From the NCBI RefSeq assembly GCF_036321535.1, contig NC_087437.1:105402001-105466000 (forward strand): a stretch of 64,000 bases of DNA, given 5' to 3'. This DNA is from Camelus dromedarius (lineage: Eukaryota). The position numbers and the translations under genes are program-made. A model generated the notes under the pieces. That model saw nothing but the letters and a program-made list of their open reading frames with translations. It had not been told where the DNA came from and searched no databases. Below, in pieces: positions 1-14,058 of the stretch; position 1 is the stretch's first letter; each line of letters starts with the position of its first letter.

Positions 1-226
1 AAAGGAATTTCTTTGTTTATCACAGAGCATATATGAAGGGTACTCTTAGACCGAAGGGGCAATCAACTGACAAAGTGATACAGGAAGCCACCCAGAATTC
101 TCAGTTTCAGCTAGTGAGCAGCATGGAACCACAGTAGTTGTACTGTGTTTGTCAACTGGTTAGAACTAGTTTTTCCTTTCATAGCTCTAAAGAAAGAAGG
201 GAGGAAAGAAAAAGAGTGAAGGAATA

Positions 227-591
227 TGTATTAGCTTTCAGGGAAGCCTTAACAGAGTACCACGGGCATTCATTTTCTCACAGCTCTGGAAGCTTGAAGT
301 CTGAGATCAACATGTCAGCAGGCCTGATTCCTTCTGAGGTCTCCCTCCTTGGTTTGTAGACGGTAACGTCCTCTCTGTGTCTTCACATGGTTTTCCCTCT
401 GTGAATGTCTGTGTCCTAATCTCCTCTTCTTATAAATATACCAATTTTGTTGGATTAGCACCCATGTATATGACCTCATGTTATTTAATTAGCTTTCTAA
501 AAACTATCTACAAATAAAATTACATGCTGAGATACCAGGAGTTAGAATTTTAACATAGAAATCTTAAGGATACACTATTTAACCCATAACA
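227..591 (-). mobile_element. MaLR solo LTR (MLT1A/MLT1B-like)
   Basis: Runs TGTATTAG...CCCATAACA and contains typical MLT1 reverse-strand blocks (ttttctcacagctctgga, gtgtcttcacatgg, tgtcctaatctcctcttcttataa). Confidence 0.85.
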
Positions 592-1674
592 TAACTATTT
601 CTGTAATGATAAACAATTCTGTAATGATCTATTTAATATATATCCACTAATTCAATCACTAACTCTTACTCTGACATTATCTTCCCAGGTATTGGAATTT
701 CCATCCCCATTTTCATTCCTGCCATCAGGGTGGGAAACGGCTTGATGGCAGTCATACTTTCACTGAGACAGTTAATATTCCATTACATTTAAGTCATTTT
801 CTTTTACAAATTACTTTTAGTTTATTTTCAAATTCACTTTCCCCAAAGGATGGGACGATGTAGTCAAATAGCATTCAACCAGCATTGAAGACGGGCAAGA
901 ATATAACTCAACCTTGTTGATCTCCATTATAAAAACATGTCTAAAATGTTCAGAGTACTAAGAAGAATGGTAATACAATTAAAATTATCTAAAGGTAATA
1001 CATGAAATACAATCTTGGAATTAAGGATAGTCGTGATATTGGCAAAACATGGGAGATAGCTTTGTAGGAATATGAAGTATATAATTTTACCAATATAATA
1101 ATAAATAATCAGTTAATCATTCTACAATCTTGGTTTCCATCCTAGGGAACCCTTCATAAGTAGTGAATCTTTCTTTCCTTGTTCCATAAACCTTCTCATG
1201 GAAGTGGAGAGAGTTAAATCTCTTCAAAGTAATATCTATTAGTCCTGTTGCTGGGGTTAATCTTTCACAGACTCTGAACAAAGAGTATTTGGTTTCCTTC
1301 TTGTCCTCCCTACTTGGAAAGCTGGAGAGCAGTTGTTTGAATAAGTCGTTTTATTGAGCTTTATTTAGCTTTCTTCTCTGGTAGAACATTCCAAGATTTG
1401 CTAAGAGTGAAGAGTCAACAAGCTTGCCTGGCTCTTAAACAGGCTTATTTTGAACCCTAGTGTTGGTCATTATTAAAGAGATACTTTTGTTCTCTAGGTT
1501 ATTTTTGTCTTATTCCTTGACTGACTTAGAACTCAAGTGCAGAGAAAGATTTGTCATTTATGTACCTCAGGCTCTTAATAATTATCTATGATTTCTGGCC
1601 CCCAAAGTTCAAATGAAAAATGAAAAGACCTATAACACATACAATATAACAACAGGGTTAGAACTTTACGGTTT

Positions 1675-1697
1675 TTGTTGTTGTTGTTGTTGTTGTT
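1675..1697. repeat. (GTT)n microsatellite
   Basis: About 7 tandem GTT units, seen directly. Confidence 0.9.
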
Positions 1698-2044
1698 TAA
1701 ATTTCACAATAGCAGCATTTCTTTCAGAATTTACAGGAAGACATGATTTCTTTCAAGATAAATAGAGCTTAGGTGGGAACAAAGATCCTTGGCAAATTAC
1801 TCTGGAAGCTGCTATATCAACCAAAAATTATTAAAAATTTGATTGCTAAAAACACTCCTAGGATAATTGCTTAGCAAATACTTGATAAATTAAGTTTTTC
1901 TGTATGATTCCCTGAACTCTGCTTTTTTTCCCCTAAAGATGATGATCTCTTTAATTTATCTCATAGTTTGTTATTTATATAATTTTATTAATTATGATCT
2001 GTCAAGTGGGTAGCGAGAACCTAGGGAATATCTACAATGCATAT

Positions 2045-2185
2045 AGAAAAAAATATTTATGAAAGATTTATCTGATTAGGGACTGCTATCCAAATATACA
2101 AAGAACTCCCAAAACTCACCAGTAAGAAAACAGCCCTTAAAAAATGGGCCAGAGATCTTAACTGACAGCTCACCAATGAAGGATT
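2045..2185 (+). mobile_element. Old L1 ORF2 C-terminal fragment
   Basis: atctgattagggactgctatccaaatatacaaagaactc...aaaaaatgggccagagatcttaac matches the L1 ORF2 3' region. Confidence 0.7.
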
Positions 2186-2903
2186 TTAAAAGACAGAAAC
2201 ACATGATGAGTTAAGTAATTCAATAATATCATGAAGCAGATGTTAGGAGGAGAGTGCTAACTGGAAGGCCAGGACACCCAAAGAAAGCACAAATTAAGCC
2301 ACATTTGAAATGGTATTTTGCCTATCTGGACACCACCAGTCATAAACACAATAAAAAGAATAAATGTGCATGACTGCAAAGCTGACATCAGACTAATGGT
2401 GCAGACTTCTCTAAGAAAATTGTTTTGAGAGAGACTGTACTTGGGTAGGATCTGAAGGGCATGTAAAGTTAAACAAGAAAAACAGGAGGCAAGGGTGGGG
2501 GCATGGAAGACTTTAGAAAGAAGGGCAATTTGGCATTCCAAATTTTTAGAGTCTAATTGTATAGGTAGCCTTTTCCATAGTAAAATTTCCCAACAAAACT
2601 GTATTTTTCATGTTTTGTTATTTTTCAGCTTAAGTATGAGATTCAGACATAACTTCTACTGTTTATAGGTAAATGTCTTTTTATGGGTTTTTATCCCACC
2701 TGGAAAACCCTGTGTCAAGTGGAATATTATGATGTGTGTGGCTCTGGCAGTTATAATTCTAGGCTTCTCTGGTTGATAAAAGCACAGAGAGATTCAGGTC
2801 CCCACCCATGTTGCCTTCACATGGACGTCCTTACTGATCTGCTGAGAATCCCAGGGTACAACCTAAAATAACAAAAATCAGAAAACAAAATAAAATACAG
2901 GTG

Positions 2904-2933
2904 CACACACACACACTCACACACACACACACA
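2904..2933. repeat. (CA)n microsatellite, interrupted
   Basis: cacacacacacactcacacacacacacaca, seen directly. Confidence 0.9.
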
Positions 2934-4899
2934 AAACCTCCCTAGTAAATTTCAGACAATACAGACAATGCAGAAGAAAAATTCATATTCATCCCAAAGC
3001 CTGTCTTACTATCTATTGCTCTAACAGTTCTCTTTTCATATGCCCAGAGGTTGCATTTTTCTTATGAAGATCTACATCAACATCACAACTCTACTGAGAA
3101 ACATTTGGCATGGGGTAAAGAGATGAATTATGTCACATGATGACCAGAGATATCAGGTCTTGAGGATACACGGGGTCTGAGCCTTCCACGTACCACTCAT
3201 AGAAGATATCCTACAATTTCCTTTCCCACTTGCAAGGTACTTTATTAGGTTTAATTTGCTTTACCACCTTATCAGCCCGAATAGCACCTTGAAATTTAAA
3301 GATGTGCTACCATTTTTCCAGATTTTGCATTTACATTGGTTATTTGAATTTCTGTATTATGTTTTTAATTTTTTAAAAAATTTAATCGTAATGCCCATGG
3401 TAACAATGACATTTGGAATCAGCCCATAACCTTTCAGTATTGCTCTTTACATGTAATTTTAGAGAATGCATAAGACCTCATCCTGTAATGCAAATTTTAT
3501 GCTAGATCAAAGTCATCTTCCTGTTGAGCAGAAAAGCTCCTGATATCCTACCTAAAGCTGGCTGAATCTTTTTCATACAGGATTTAAGGATATATTATTT
3601 TTGAAATGATATATATATGCATGCATACATAATTATATATATTTATCTTTGCACATATAATTATATTGCCTAAATTGTGTATTTACATATGAATATTTTA
3701 CATACACACATTTTATACATTTATTATACAGTTAGTCACAGGTATGATTTACTGTTGGTCTTTTCACTATCAGGACTAACACATAACGAATAAATACTTT
3801 AAAATTTTTAAAGAAAAATGATATAAATATGCTCTGTTTCTTAACTTTGGAAGATACAAAGAGATATTATATTTGGAAGCTGCTATACATTATTAAATCA
3901 AATCTGTTGTTCTGCTACGTAATCTTTTCCTTCTTTCTCTTGATGTCCCCATTTATTTTGAAGAATGAGTGAGAAAAGCTGCTGTTCAGGCAGACAGTTC
4001 AATTTATAAACCACTGAGGAAAATTTCCCTTCAGTAGTGTAAACAAGATCACACAATGAGATTCACTGTAAGCCTTATCTTTATAATGATTTTAAATGGG
4101 ACAGATGGCAGTTTACTCCTGCTACTTTATGTTGAGCACATAGAATCATTTAATTTTTATATCAATCTTCCTATTTAAGGTAGACTATGCTAAATTATTG
4201 ATATGATTTGCCTTGTTTATTTCTTTAAGCCCTCCTCTATTTACAATTATAAATTTGGTGTTTAAATACAAAGCATGATATTTGGTAATTAGAAAAGTCT
4301 GTTATGCTCATGTGTTTTCTATGACATTTTATATGGAAAACTCAATTTCATTACCCATTGAGACAAACAACCAAACTTATTAAATTCTTCCAACTAATCA
4401 TAATGAATTGTAAATGTAACCCTAGTGAGTCAGTAAGATTGCCTGTATTAGTTCACTAACACAAATAATAAAATGAGAATCTAAATGTTCCACAAAATGC
4501 ATTCTTTTGGGTATATGTTCACTTCTTTAAATCTATAATTTGTTACTTATATGTATAGTCAACCTTTAATTTAGATATTGAAAAAGATAAATGCCAAGCA
4601 AAGCTGCTGTCAAAAGTAATCAAAGTGTCAATTTATCAAAGTATTAGGTAAATTAAGTCACTAAAAGTGTTCCCAAAGAGAATATAAACAAGGTCAGTGA
4701 ATTATAGGAAGTACGCAAGGTGAGAGAGAGTTTTTTTGCTCCTGGGACCCGGTTATTATTACCTTTGTCATATCAAGAACGGATATAGCTCTAAAATTAG
4801 GGGGAACTCCAGGTCTTTATCAACATGACTGAGAAACAGAATATTCTGTTTGTTTTTCCTTCCAGAGTATCCAGCTTCCAATTGCTTCCAGCCACATGT

Positions 4900-5592
4900 A
4901 TGTTCCCATCTGAATCTGAGCCACTTCCACTTTTGCTGCTATTACTGCAAAAGCCTCTCAGATTTTCCGGTCTCTTAACTTGCTCCCCTCCTTGCTATTG
5001 TCACCACAATCATCAGACAGGTCCTTTTAAAATGAAGGTCTAAGCATGTCAACGCTGGGCTCAAAATTGAAAAATAGCTCCTCTTTACTCAAAGAAAAGA
5101 CGGTCCCACCCTCTGTGATTCAGCCACCACTGACTCCCTCAGTGAGTTGATCTCCTTACAAATTTTCCTTTCACAAAGTACTATAGCCACACTGGTTTCT
5201 GGGTCCTTCAATGAACCGGACAACATCGCTGCCTTGTAGCATTTGTGCTGGCTCTTCCCAGGGTTAACTGACATCTCCTTGAAATCTGCTCAGACTTTGC
5301 CTTCACAATGAGGTCTATTTCTCTGAACTCCGATTGTAATCACTAAGTTCCTGTTTCTCCATGGCCTCCCCATTGTCCTTTCCCAACTCTGTTTTATTCA
5401 TACAAATAACCTTTAATGTTTGATATACTAGACAACATATTCTTGTGTTTATAATTTGGTGTTCTATCCAGCTAGAATAAAAGCTCTGTCAGGGCAAAGA
5501 CTTCTCTCATTTTTACTCATTGATGGGTCCTAAGGGCCTCAAGAATTTCTGGTATACATGTGTACCTCAAAATTATTTCATGTGGAAGAAAT
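4900..5592 (+). mobile_element. LINE-2 (L2a-like) 3' portion
   Basis: L2 3' hallmarks: ttttaaaatgaaggtctaagcatgtc, tagccacactggtttct, ctagaataaaagctctgtcagggcaaagac. Confidence 0.7.
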
Positions 5593-5899
5593 ATAGAAAA
5601 TACTTTTAAAACACGTTGTGAGGAAGTGTTATATTTTTCTTTTACTTCTAAAATAATTTAACTCATATAGAGATGCAAAACTCATTTCAGTGTAATATAC
5701 AGGCAATTTGATAATGGAAGCAGTTTCATGTAGAGGTGATTTAATTTATAGAGATGTTACAAAATTGTTAGTTCTGTGTAGAAAGGAAAAGGGAGTTGTC
5801 TTTTCGTTTGGTTTGATTTGTTTACTTGTTATGAGAAGAAATGAAGTAACAAAAGGAATATTTAGTTAATCTCAGCAATTAGAAGCAGCTGATACCCCC

Positions 5900-6800
5900 A
5901 GGGTGGCAATCTGAAGCCTACACCAGCTGCTGCATTTTGCAAAGAGATGTAGAAGGGTTTCTATGTCAGCCAAGGCCAGCATTGCCAAATGGTGTGTTTG
6001 CTGGGCTGCTGGATTCCAGAATTACCTAACTGCTACTGCTTCTTCAGCAATTCTAGCCATTTCCAGCAACTGCCTTGATACTCAAGCCAGAATTAGAGAG
6101 ATACTCTCCCTGTCCACCTCCCTACGTCCTAGTGACAGAAATTCTCTGGAAATATTACCCCAAAAGGTAAAGACACCAGTTCTTGTCATAGCTGAAAAAT
6201 AAGTTTACAGCTGGGAGATGGAGCACTGTGTGGTGAAAGATTTGAAAAGATGTATTTAGAAAAGGAAAAGTGCACCCCCAAGAACGGGAGGCAGGCTGAT
6301 CCAAGGGAGGAAAAGTGGCAGTATTTGTCCCCCTTCCTCTTACACCGTCACTTAGAGGAGGTCTTTGATTGATTGACGGCTCTTGTCCCTGGAATGCTTA
6401 GTCATGTTTGGCCCCTTTGCACACGTCCTTACCCAGGGTGCACACAGGAAAACCCATGGGGGCGGGGGGTTGGGTGCTAAACCACAGTGTTAATTATAAT
6501 AGAATGAGCATCGGGTCATGTCCAGTTAAGTCCTTTCTGCTACCACGCATTTCAAGCTGTCGGGTTCTAACTGGTTTCTTGCTGGTGCTCATTTAGAAGT
6601 AAAGTCCCTTACTGCTGAAGGCTGGCATAACATCATCTTCCAGACCATCCTGTCTCTCCTCCACCTATCTGCCTGGCGCCCCCACTTATCTAACTACCTA
6701 ACAGAAAGGGAGCCTAAAATGTATGGTTTGTAGACGTCCTCATGTAGCAGAGAAAGGTTGGTATCAGACAGAGACAATGGAAAACAGCCAACTCAGCGAG
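5900..6800 (-). mobile_element. Old MaLR LTR (MLT1I/J-like) interrupted by an ERV1 LTR
   Basis: Removing 6153-6703 plus one GAAA rejoins ctctggaaagggagcctaaaatgtatggtttgtaga, resembling MLT1 gctggcaagggagcctgggaaatgtagtttgcaga. Outer boundaries are approximate. Confidence 0.5.
6153..6703 (-). mobile_element. ERV1-class solo LTR with 4-bp TSD (GAAA)
   Basis: Termini T(A)TTACC...TAACA; GAAA at 6149-6152 and 6704-6707; higher-GC LTR-like body. Confidence 0.75.
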
Positions 6801-7637
6801 GAATTACTTCTAACAACTAAATCCAAGTCTCTTTTGGCATACACCAGAACAGTGAGTTATGGGGAATTTTACATGTGAGTTATATTTTTTCTCCCACTTT
6901 TTCTATTACATAAATATACCTTCAGAAATAAATAACATTTAAAAACATGGATGATTTTTGCCACGTGAAAGCTCTGTCATTGTTTCACTGAAACCAAATG
7001 ACAACTTTCACTTGGGTTCCCTTGTTTAGTTGCAAAATATGGTAGCTCTAATTGATCTCTTCATTTTTCTTCACATGTTTTCTATTTTATGATGCTCGAT
7101 TAACATTAAACAACATGTTCCAGGCCATCAGCTTTGATGATTTTTTTTTAAAAAGATTAAATGTTTTCTCACTAGAATGGTTTCCTGAGATCCCACAGCT
7201 TTGGTGGACACTTCTTTTCTTCATCAATCACATGTAAATTATGTTTTCTAGGATAGTTAACATAGTTGGATGTTTCCTGAGATGTGTAAAAGCAAGTCTT
7301 TTTTCTCACTAAGCAGAAGTAAGATACACATGGAAACACTAACATGCCAAGCATGCATACCAGAAAACAGATTTATGCATGTTGAATATTTATAAACTTT
7401 ATTATACGCAGTTTCCTTACCAATCTTCGAATCCTCCCTACACAAATCAAAAACTTTTCATAGTCTTTCTTTGAAAGAAATATAAACTCAAAAGTGAGGG
7501 ATGAGGATCTTGTGAAGGAATGTCACCTTAAAAACAAAAAGATTACTAGTCAAAGAATAATTCAGAGTCACAAAGTTCAAAATCTTTAGCTAAACAGGGA
7601 CATTTCAATAAATTGCCAATGGAAATTAATCAATAGT

Positions 7638-7989
7638 CGATCTATGAATGAAAGAAGTGGAAATTTTACCTGAGCCAGATTTAGTGCTTGTAACCTGGGA
7701 ACAGCAACTCAGAAACCTCAGAACTGTTCCACTCCTTAGATGTCAGTGTGACCCCTTACAAGATCAAGAAGGAACGTTATTTTTAAGAAGTTGTCTTCCT
7801 GATTGATGTTAGGAGGACGTTGCTCTTTATGGTTGAGCAGGTATTTCTGCTGATGGGGAAGGTTTGGTCAATGCATAATGCACATACACAATGCCCAGCC
7901 GGGGGACAGCAGGCCAAAGGGCAGAGAAAACAATTTTTTTATGTTTAAATATTTTTTGTCCTGCTGTAAAATATGAATTTCATTTCACA
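7638..7989 (-). mobile_element. ERV1-class solo LTR with 4-bp TSD (TAGT)
   Basis: Ends ...atttcatttcACA; TAGT at 7634-7637 and 7990-7993. Confidence 0.7.
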
Positions 7990-8519
7990 TAGTGAATGTT
8001 TCAATAAAGACTCTTAAACAGAGCACTGGAAAGCCCCTCTCTCAGAAAACACAAGTTTGCAAAACAGGAATCAAAACTAAATATTAAGATCAACAAGAAA
8101 TTCACCAACTATTATTATTTTTGGATATGATTTATTCTACGTGTTGTTTTATCTTTAAAAGAAGTTTATTGTAATTCAGGATTTTATTTTAATTCTATAG
8201 GTAAATTGATTAGTTCACATTTAAAATCAGTCTTAGTGTAAAGTCTTCATGAAGAGACCAGGGAAGCAAAAATGAAATAAAAATAGAAGCAAAAGAAAGC
8301 AAACAATAATGTCTTAAGAAGAAGACAAAACTTCCATGGCCCCTTAGTAGGCTTTTGTCAGTTATACTAATGCCCTGCCTTGTTTGTCCATTTCTGCAGT
8401 TTCCCGGGACTTGACCTTCCTCCTGCTTCCGGCATCCATCAGGAATTGGCTCAGTCTGAATTCTTGGGACAATTTGGTAGCCAGCTAAACCCCACCATGC
8501 CTATAAGATCATACCATTG

Positions 8520-8871
8520 GTCAGAGTGCTCAGAAAGCACGAGACACAGCCCCAGGGCGTGGGGTGGTTAGTTTTTACGGGCTGGGTAATTCCACAGGCT
8601 GACAAGTGGGAAAACTGTTCCAACTATTTTACGGAAGGGGTGGGGATTTTCTGGAATTGGGCCCCTGCCTACTTTTTGCCCTTTTATAGCCAGACTCAGA
8701 AATGTCGTGGCACTTGTGGGTGTGTCATTTAGCATATAATGAGGCTCAAGGTCTACTGGAAGTTGAATCTTTGGCCGTGTTGGACTTAGTCGGTTTCAAC
8801 CAGTTTACCAATCTTCAACTGCTGTGCCATTGTTTTAATGGTGGTGCCCTGTTTCCTTCTTTCCTGTCTCA
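8520..8871 (-). mobile_element. ERV1-class LTR fragment (MER4-group-like)
   Basis: Ends ...tttcctgtctCA; body ggaaggggtggggatttt...ggtgtgtcatttagcatataatgag is typical of ERV1 LTR reverse strands. Confidence 0.65.
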
Positions 8872-9179
8872 AATTTATTGTTTTTAAAAGGGTTTCCTAC
8901 ATCTAGATAAGTTCCGTTTTAACATTTTATTATTGACACTTGAACACTCTCCAAATTCACAATGATGATCTCTTTAGCAAATCAATAGTTATTTAATTTA
9001 TAAACTTAGTATAACAGTTGGGGCTTGAGATCTGTATCATGACCAGGAGGTATAGGAAAGACTTGAAAACAATGGAAATGAGGAAAGCACTTCTGGAGAA
9101 TGAATTTATGTTCCTATGTCTTAGGTGTAGTAGTGGAGAAAAATTGGAAATCTGCTAGCTGAGATACAAGTAAGGGAAC

Positions 9180-9661
9180 TATAATAAAGTAACACAAAAA
9201 TATAATGCTTTGGGTATTTTATGTCTTTTAGTAGCAAAAAGTAAATATTATAAACATTTTTTTTTTCTCTTTTCTGTGGTATGAATCCAAGTATAAATAG
9301 CCAGTGCTGGAAATAGAGCTTAAAAAGTTATGGGCCCACACTCTTTCTCTCTTGTTTTTTTGCCATGTCAAACAGATGGCCCTGGTTTTGGTCTCAGCAT
9401 CACATCCGCACTGTAGTCAGCTGGAAGAAAAAAGAAAAAGGGGACAGTGTGTTCCTTTCCTTAAACGGCATCACCTGAATATTGTACCCATAACTTTTAC
9501 CCCCTTAATGAAGGGTCAGAATCTAGACCTTAATTCGTATGTAGCCAGAAGAGAGGCTTACAAATACAGTCTTTAGCTGCAGAGCAAGGGTCCGTCCAAA
9601 ACTTCTATTAATAGATATGTTTACAATCCATATTGGGGGACAAATAGCAATCTCTTCCATA
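9180..9661 (-). mobile_element. MaLR LTR (MLT1J-like), decayed
   Basis: agcatcacatccgcact...gagaggcttacaaatacagtctttagctg...atattgggggacaaatagcaatctct. Confidence 0.6.
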
Positions 9662-10267
9662 GTAATCATTGTTGTATTCTAAACTAAAAAATACACTAAT
9701 TTGTAATTACCACTTAACCTAAGTTGTATTTAAGGGAGATCTGTTTGTTTTCCCTAACACCTTGTTTTTATTTTCTAGTTTTATTATGTGTTGTCAGTAT
9801 ATTTTTCTCTTTTGAGAATTTACTCAGAATTTTCGTATGTCCTAATATGTAATAAATGTATGGGTCTTTTGCATCCTATTGGAGCTGTCGTAGAAAATGT
9901 ATTATCTTTTCTACAAGGCATTTTTCATATATAGCTATTGTATATGATATTCAAAACCTCTATACCTTTTCTCTTGAATTGTTTTATGTATAAAAGTTTT
10001 TCTGAAATATTCCATTATTTCTTTCACTAAGATAGTAATCATTAACCAAGAGACAAATGAATTAATAATATTATCTGGAATTTATACATAAAATTAATAA
10101 ATACTTTTTAGTAAATATTAATAACTTTTTAGAAGATTAATTCTGCTTCAAAGACATAGCAATGAAGCCTGAATATGCTTGCTTATATTCACTGAAAATA
10201 TATTTTTTTGTTATACAAGAGAAGAAAAACTTCTAACTCTACATTTTGTATTATAAAAGATAAACTA

Positions 10268-10380
10268 AATATTTATATATATATAATATGTTTATATATA
10301 TAACTTATATATATAATTAATATAATTTATAATATATATATTTATAATATAATTAATATAATGTATATATATATAATAAA
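10268..10380. repeat. AT-rich (TA)n-like low-complexity tract
   Basis: Almost pure A/T degenerate TA/TAA repeats. Confidence 0.85.
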
Positions 10381-11906
10381 ACAAGAGATAGTAAAAAAGC
10401 TTTAGTTCAAGGCATTTACAAAGAGATCATTTAAGCATACCAGAGTTCTTAAAAAAGAAATCTTTCACATTCTAATTAAAGTAGCAAACTTCACAACTTG
10501 AGTTACTCAGCTCATTTGTTTCTTGACTTCTTTATTTCAAGTTAAATACTTCTAAGGTAGGTCATATAATTCAGTGACCTTTAAAGTAAAATTGAAATAT
10601 TTGATTTTACTGCTTTTCTTTATCTCTTTTTCTCTCACCACATGCAGCCTATAAATGCCAGTAGAATTAATTGCCTAATTAAAGGGAATAAAAACATTGC
10701 CTTTTGAAAGGTTTCAAATTTGTATACCCTGCTGTGGGAACTTTGCTTGCCTACTTGACCTACATAGGCTGCACTTCTAAAAGAAAGAAAATAAGAGGTC
10801 GACTTTGGAACACATATTTAACTTGATAATGAGTGCAACAAGACTGCTCTATAATTTTATATTATTTTATACTTAAGGGCTTAATCTGAAGTCATTTTGC
10901 TGTTTAATCTTTTACCATAACTATTATATATGCTTTTTAGTAAGATCCATTATATGTTTTTTTTTTCTGGATACAATTTAATAATATGGTAGCAAAGTAG
11001 AAATAAAAAAATACTAATTGTTGTTAGATTATAACACAGTGGCACACATCTCCCAGTAAGAGGATTAGGCGAGTTTGATTCACAGGCTGCACGATAAACT
11101 GCATACCCAAGCATCATACAAAATTTCTTTTACCATATCTCTTGAAGAAAAATAAATATATATAGTTAGATCTGCTTTATATTTATTTTACTTTTCAGGT
11201 AATCTTCTTGTCTCTGAGTAACATGGGTTTCAGCTATATATAGTATAGTCATGTCAATTCTATAAGGTCATACTATAAGCATTAAATCCAAAGGTATGGA
11301 TATAAAGGCAAGATGGCCAGGTTAGAAAGAGGTGTTATGTTATAGGAAGACAGAAGCAAGAGAGATTTTGTGATCCACTGCGAAGGAAGAATGGGCTGTG
11401 ACCTAAAATTTAGTTAGATATCTAAACTGACGATGCTATGCATGCATCAAGGGGATATTAAAGGCTTTATTTCTCATATGATGAGGATTTCTGGAGAGAC
11501 TGCAGCAGGCTTCCAAGCAGGTCAGAAAATGACTTGAGGAAACAGAGATTATTAGCTTTCCTTTTATTGCAGTTACTGTTGGGGACAGGCCGAGGGCTCT
11601 TGTGTATGTGGTATGCTGTTTACATGGTTTGACCTTCCAACTGGCATCAAGGCAGGGAGCTAGGTTGTATTGCTGGCTTGCCAAGATGTGGAACAGAAGA
11701 GGGAAAGGGAGGAGTGGGGCATGAAAATTATCAACAATAAAACAAAATTGAATTCAGATTCAATTACAACTCACCCCAATATATGACTAAACTAAAATGG
11801 GTCACGGTTCATTTTACTGTATTTGAATTTGTTCAAGTAAGCCATCGTGATGTTCTAAGAGAGTGGTAAGGATGTGAAAGTTTGATTGAATGCCTTCGAC
11901 ATGGGC

Positions 11907-12448
11907 TGTGATGACTAATTATATGTGTCAACTTGGCTGGGTCATGAGGTGCTTAGATATTTGCTCAGACATTATTCTGAATGTTTCTAAGAAGGTGTTT
12001 GTGGATCAGATTGACATTTAAATATTGTAGATGGAATAAAGCAGATTGTCTTGCCTGTTGTAGGTGGGCCTCATCGAATTAGTCGAAGGTCTGCCTAGAA
12101 CAAAAACACTGACTCTTCCTAAGTAAGGAGAGGCCTTCCTGCCCAATGACCTTCACACTGGGACCTTTTTTTTTTTCTGCCTTCTAACTCAAACTGAAAC
12201 ATCAGCTCTTCCTGAGTCTTGAGCCTGCTGACCTTTAGACTGAAACTACACCATCAGCTCTTCTGATTCTTAAGCTTTTGAACTCAGACTGGAACTAAAC
12301 ATTTGGCTCTGTGGGTCTCCAGCTTGCTGACTCATTCTGCAGATCTTGGGACTTGCCAACTCCATAGTCACTACTTAAAATCTCTTTATATTATATAAAT
12401 GTATACATCTTACTGGTTCTATTTCTCTGGAGAATCTTGACTAATACA
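11907..12448 (+). mobile_element. ERVL solo LTR (MLT2B/MLT2D-like)
   Basis: Starts TGTGATGACTAATTATATGTGTCAACTTG and ends TTTCTCTGGAGAATCTTGACTAATACA, the MLT2 termini; degenerate 5-bp TSD tgggc/tgagt. Confidence 0.9.
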
Positions 12449-12874
12449 TGAGTCCAGTGTTGTGTATTTTGTGAAGTGAAATGAGTGTCTTGATCACTTC
12501 CAATGACGTCTAGCACTCCAAAGAGGGTAAAGAACGTCTTAATAAGATTAGTGTGGCTTTAGGATGTGAAGAGACGTGTGAGACTTTGATTATATTATGG
12601 GCATTTGTGATCAACAAAATTCTCAAAATTCTTTTTCCCAGAAGGGAAAACCTTAGATATGAAAATTCTGTTGCTATCATCTTTCTGACCAGATGGCCAG
12701 ATCATTGTCAGTGAACTAAGATTCTGTAAATACATGCAGCTAGAGACAACTGCTAGCCAAGACATTCAGACGAAATTGGGCTTGTTCAGGGTGGTATGGC
12801 CACAGGCAGCCGAGACATTCAATGCTAAGACAACTGTAAAATCTGACTAATTCAAATTCATTATCTATCAGGGT

Positions 12875-14058
12875 CATTGGTCTGTAGTTTTCTTGGAGAA
12901 TTTTTCTTTGGCTTTGCTATTAGGGTAATACTGGCCTCATACAATAAGTTTGGAAGTATTTCTTCCTCCTTAATGCTTTGGAAGAGTTTGAGAAAGACTG
13001 ATGTTAATTTTTCTTTAAATTCCGAGTAGAATTCACTGATAAATCCACCAAGTCCTGGGCTTTTCTTAGGAGGTTTTTGAAGATTGATTCAAAATCTTTC
13101 CTAGTTACAGGTCTGTTAAGATTTTATTTTTTTTAAACATTTTTTATTGATTTATAATCATTTTACAATGCTGTGTCAAATTCCAGTGTTCAGCACAATT
13201 TTTCAGTCATACATGGACATATACACACTCATTGTCACATTTTTTTCTCTGTGAGCTACCATAACGTTTTGTGTATATTTCCCTGTGCTATACAGTATAA
13301 TCTTGTTTATCTATTCTACAATTTTGAAATCCCAGTCTATCCCTTCCCACCCTCTGCCCCCCTTTCTTTATGATTCAGTCTTGGTATGTTATGTTTCTGA
13401 GAATATCTACTTTTTTGGCGTATAATTGTCCGTAGTAGTCTTTTATAACCTTTTATATTTATTTAACATTTGTAATATCTTCTCTTTCATTTCTGACATT
13501 ATTTGAGACTTATTTCTTTTTTTCTTCATTAATTTTGCTAAAGGCTTATAAATTGTCTTATTCTTTTATAAAAACCAACTCATTTCATTAAGTTTTTAAA
13601 TTGTTTTCCTACTCTCTATTTTATTTATTTCTTCTATATTTATTTCCTTCCTTTTGCTAACTTTGGGATTATTTTGTTCTTTTTTCTGTTTCTTTTAGGT
13701 GTACAGTTATTTATTTGAGATCTATTTTGTGTTTTAATTTTGGCATTTTTCACTATAAACTTCCCAGTTAGAATTGCTTTTGATGCATCTCAAAAGTTTT
13801 GGTATGTTTTCATTTCATTTGTCTCAAGATATTTTCTGATTTCCCTTTTGATTTCTTCCTTGATCTATAGGTTTTTCAAGAGAGTATTAATTAATTTCCA
13901 CATATTTGTGAAATTTCAGTTTCTTGTTTTATTCCATATTGTTGGAAAATATACTTGGTATGATTGCAACATTCCTAAATTTGTTAAGATTTGTTTTGTG
14001 ACCTAACATTTGATTTATCCTGCAAAGTTTTCCAAGAATGCTTGAGAAGAATGTATAG
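12875..14058 (-). mobile_element. Old L1 ORF2 fragment, interrupted by a younger L1 3' end
   Basis: attggtctgtagttttct...ggtaatactggcctcata...gcttgagaagaatgtata are L1 ORF2 antisense motifs. Confidence 0.85.
13130..13362 (-). mobile_element. Young camelid-type L1 3' end nested in an older L1
   Basis: ttttttaaacatttttttattgatttataatcattttacaatg... is near-identical to 45412-45489 and related to 50566-50979; host L1 resumes at 13363. Confidence 0.85.
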
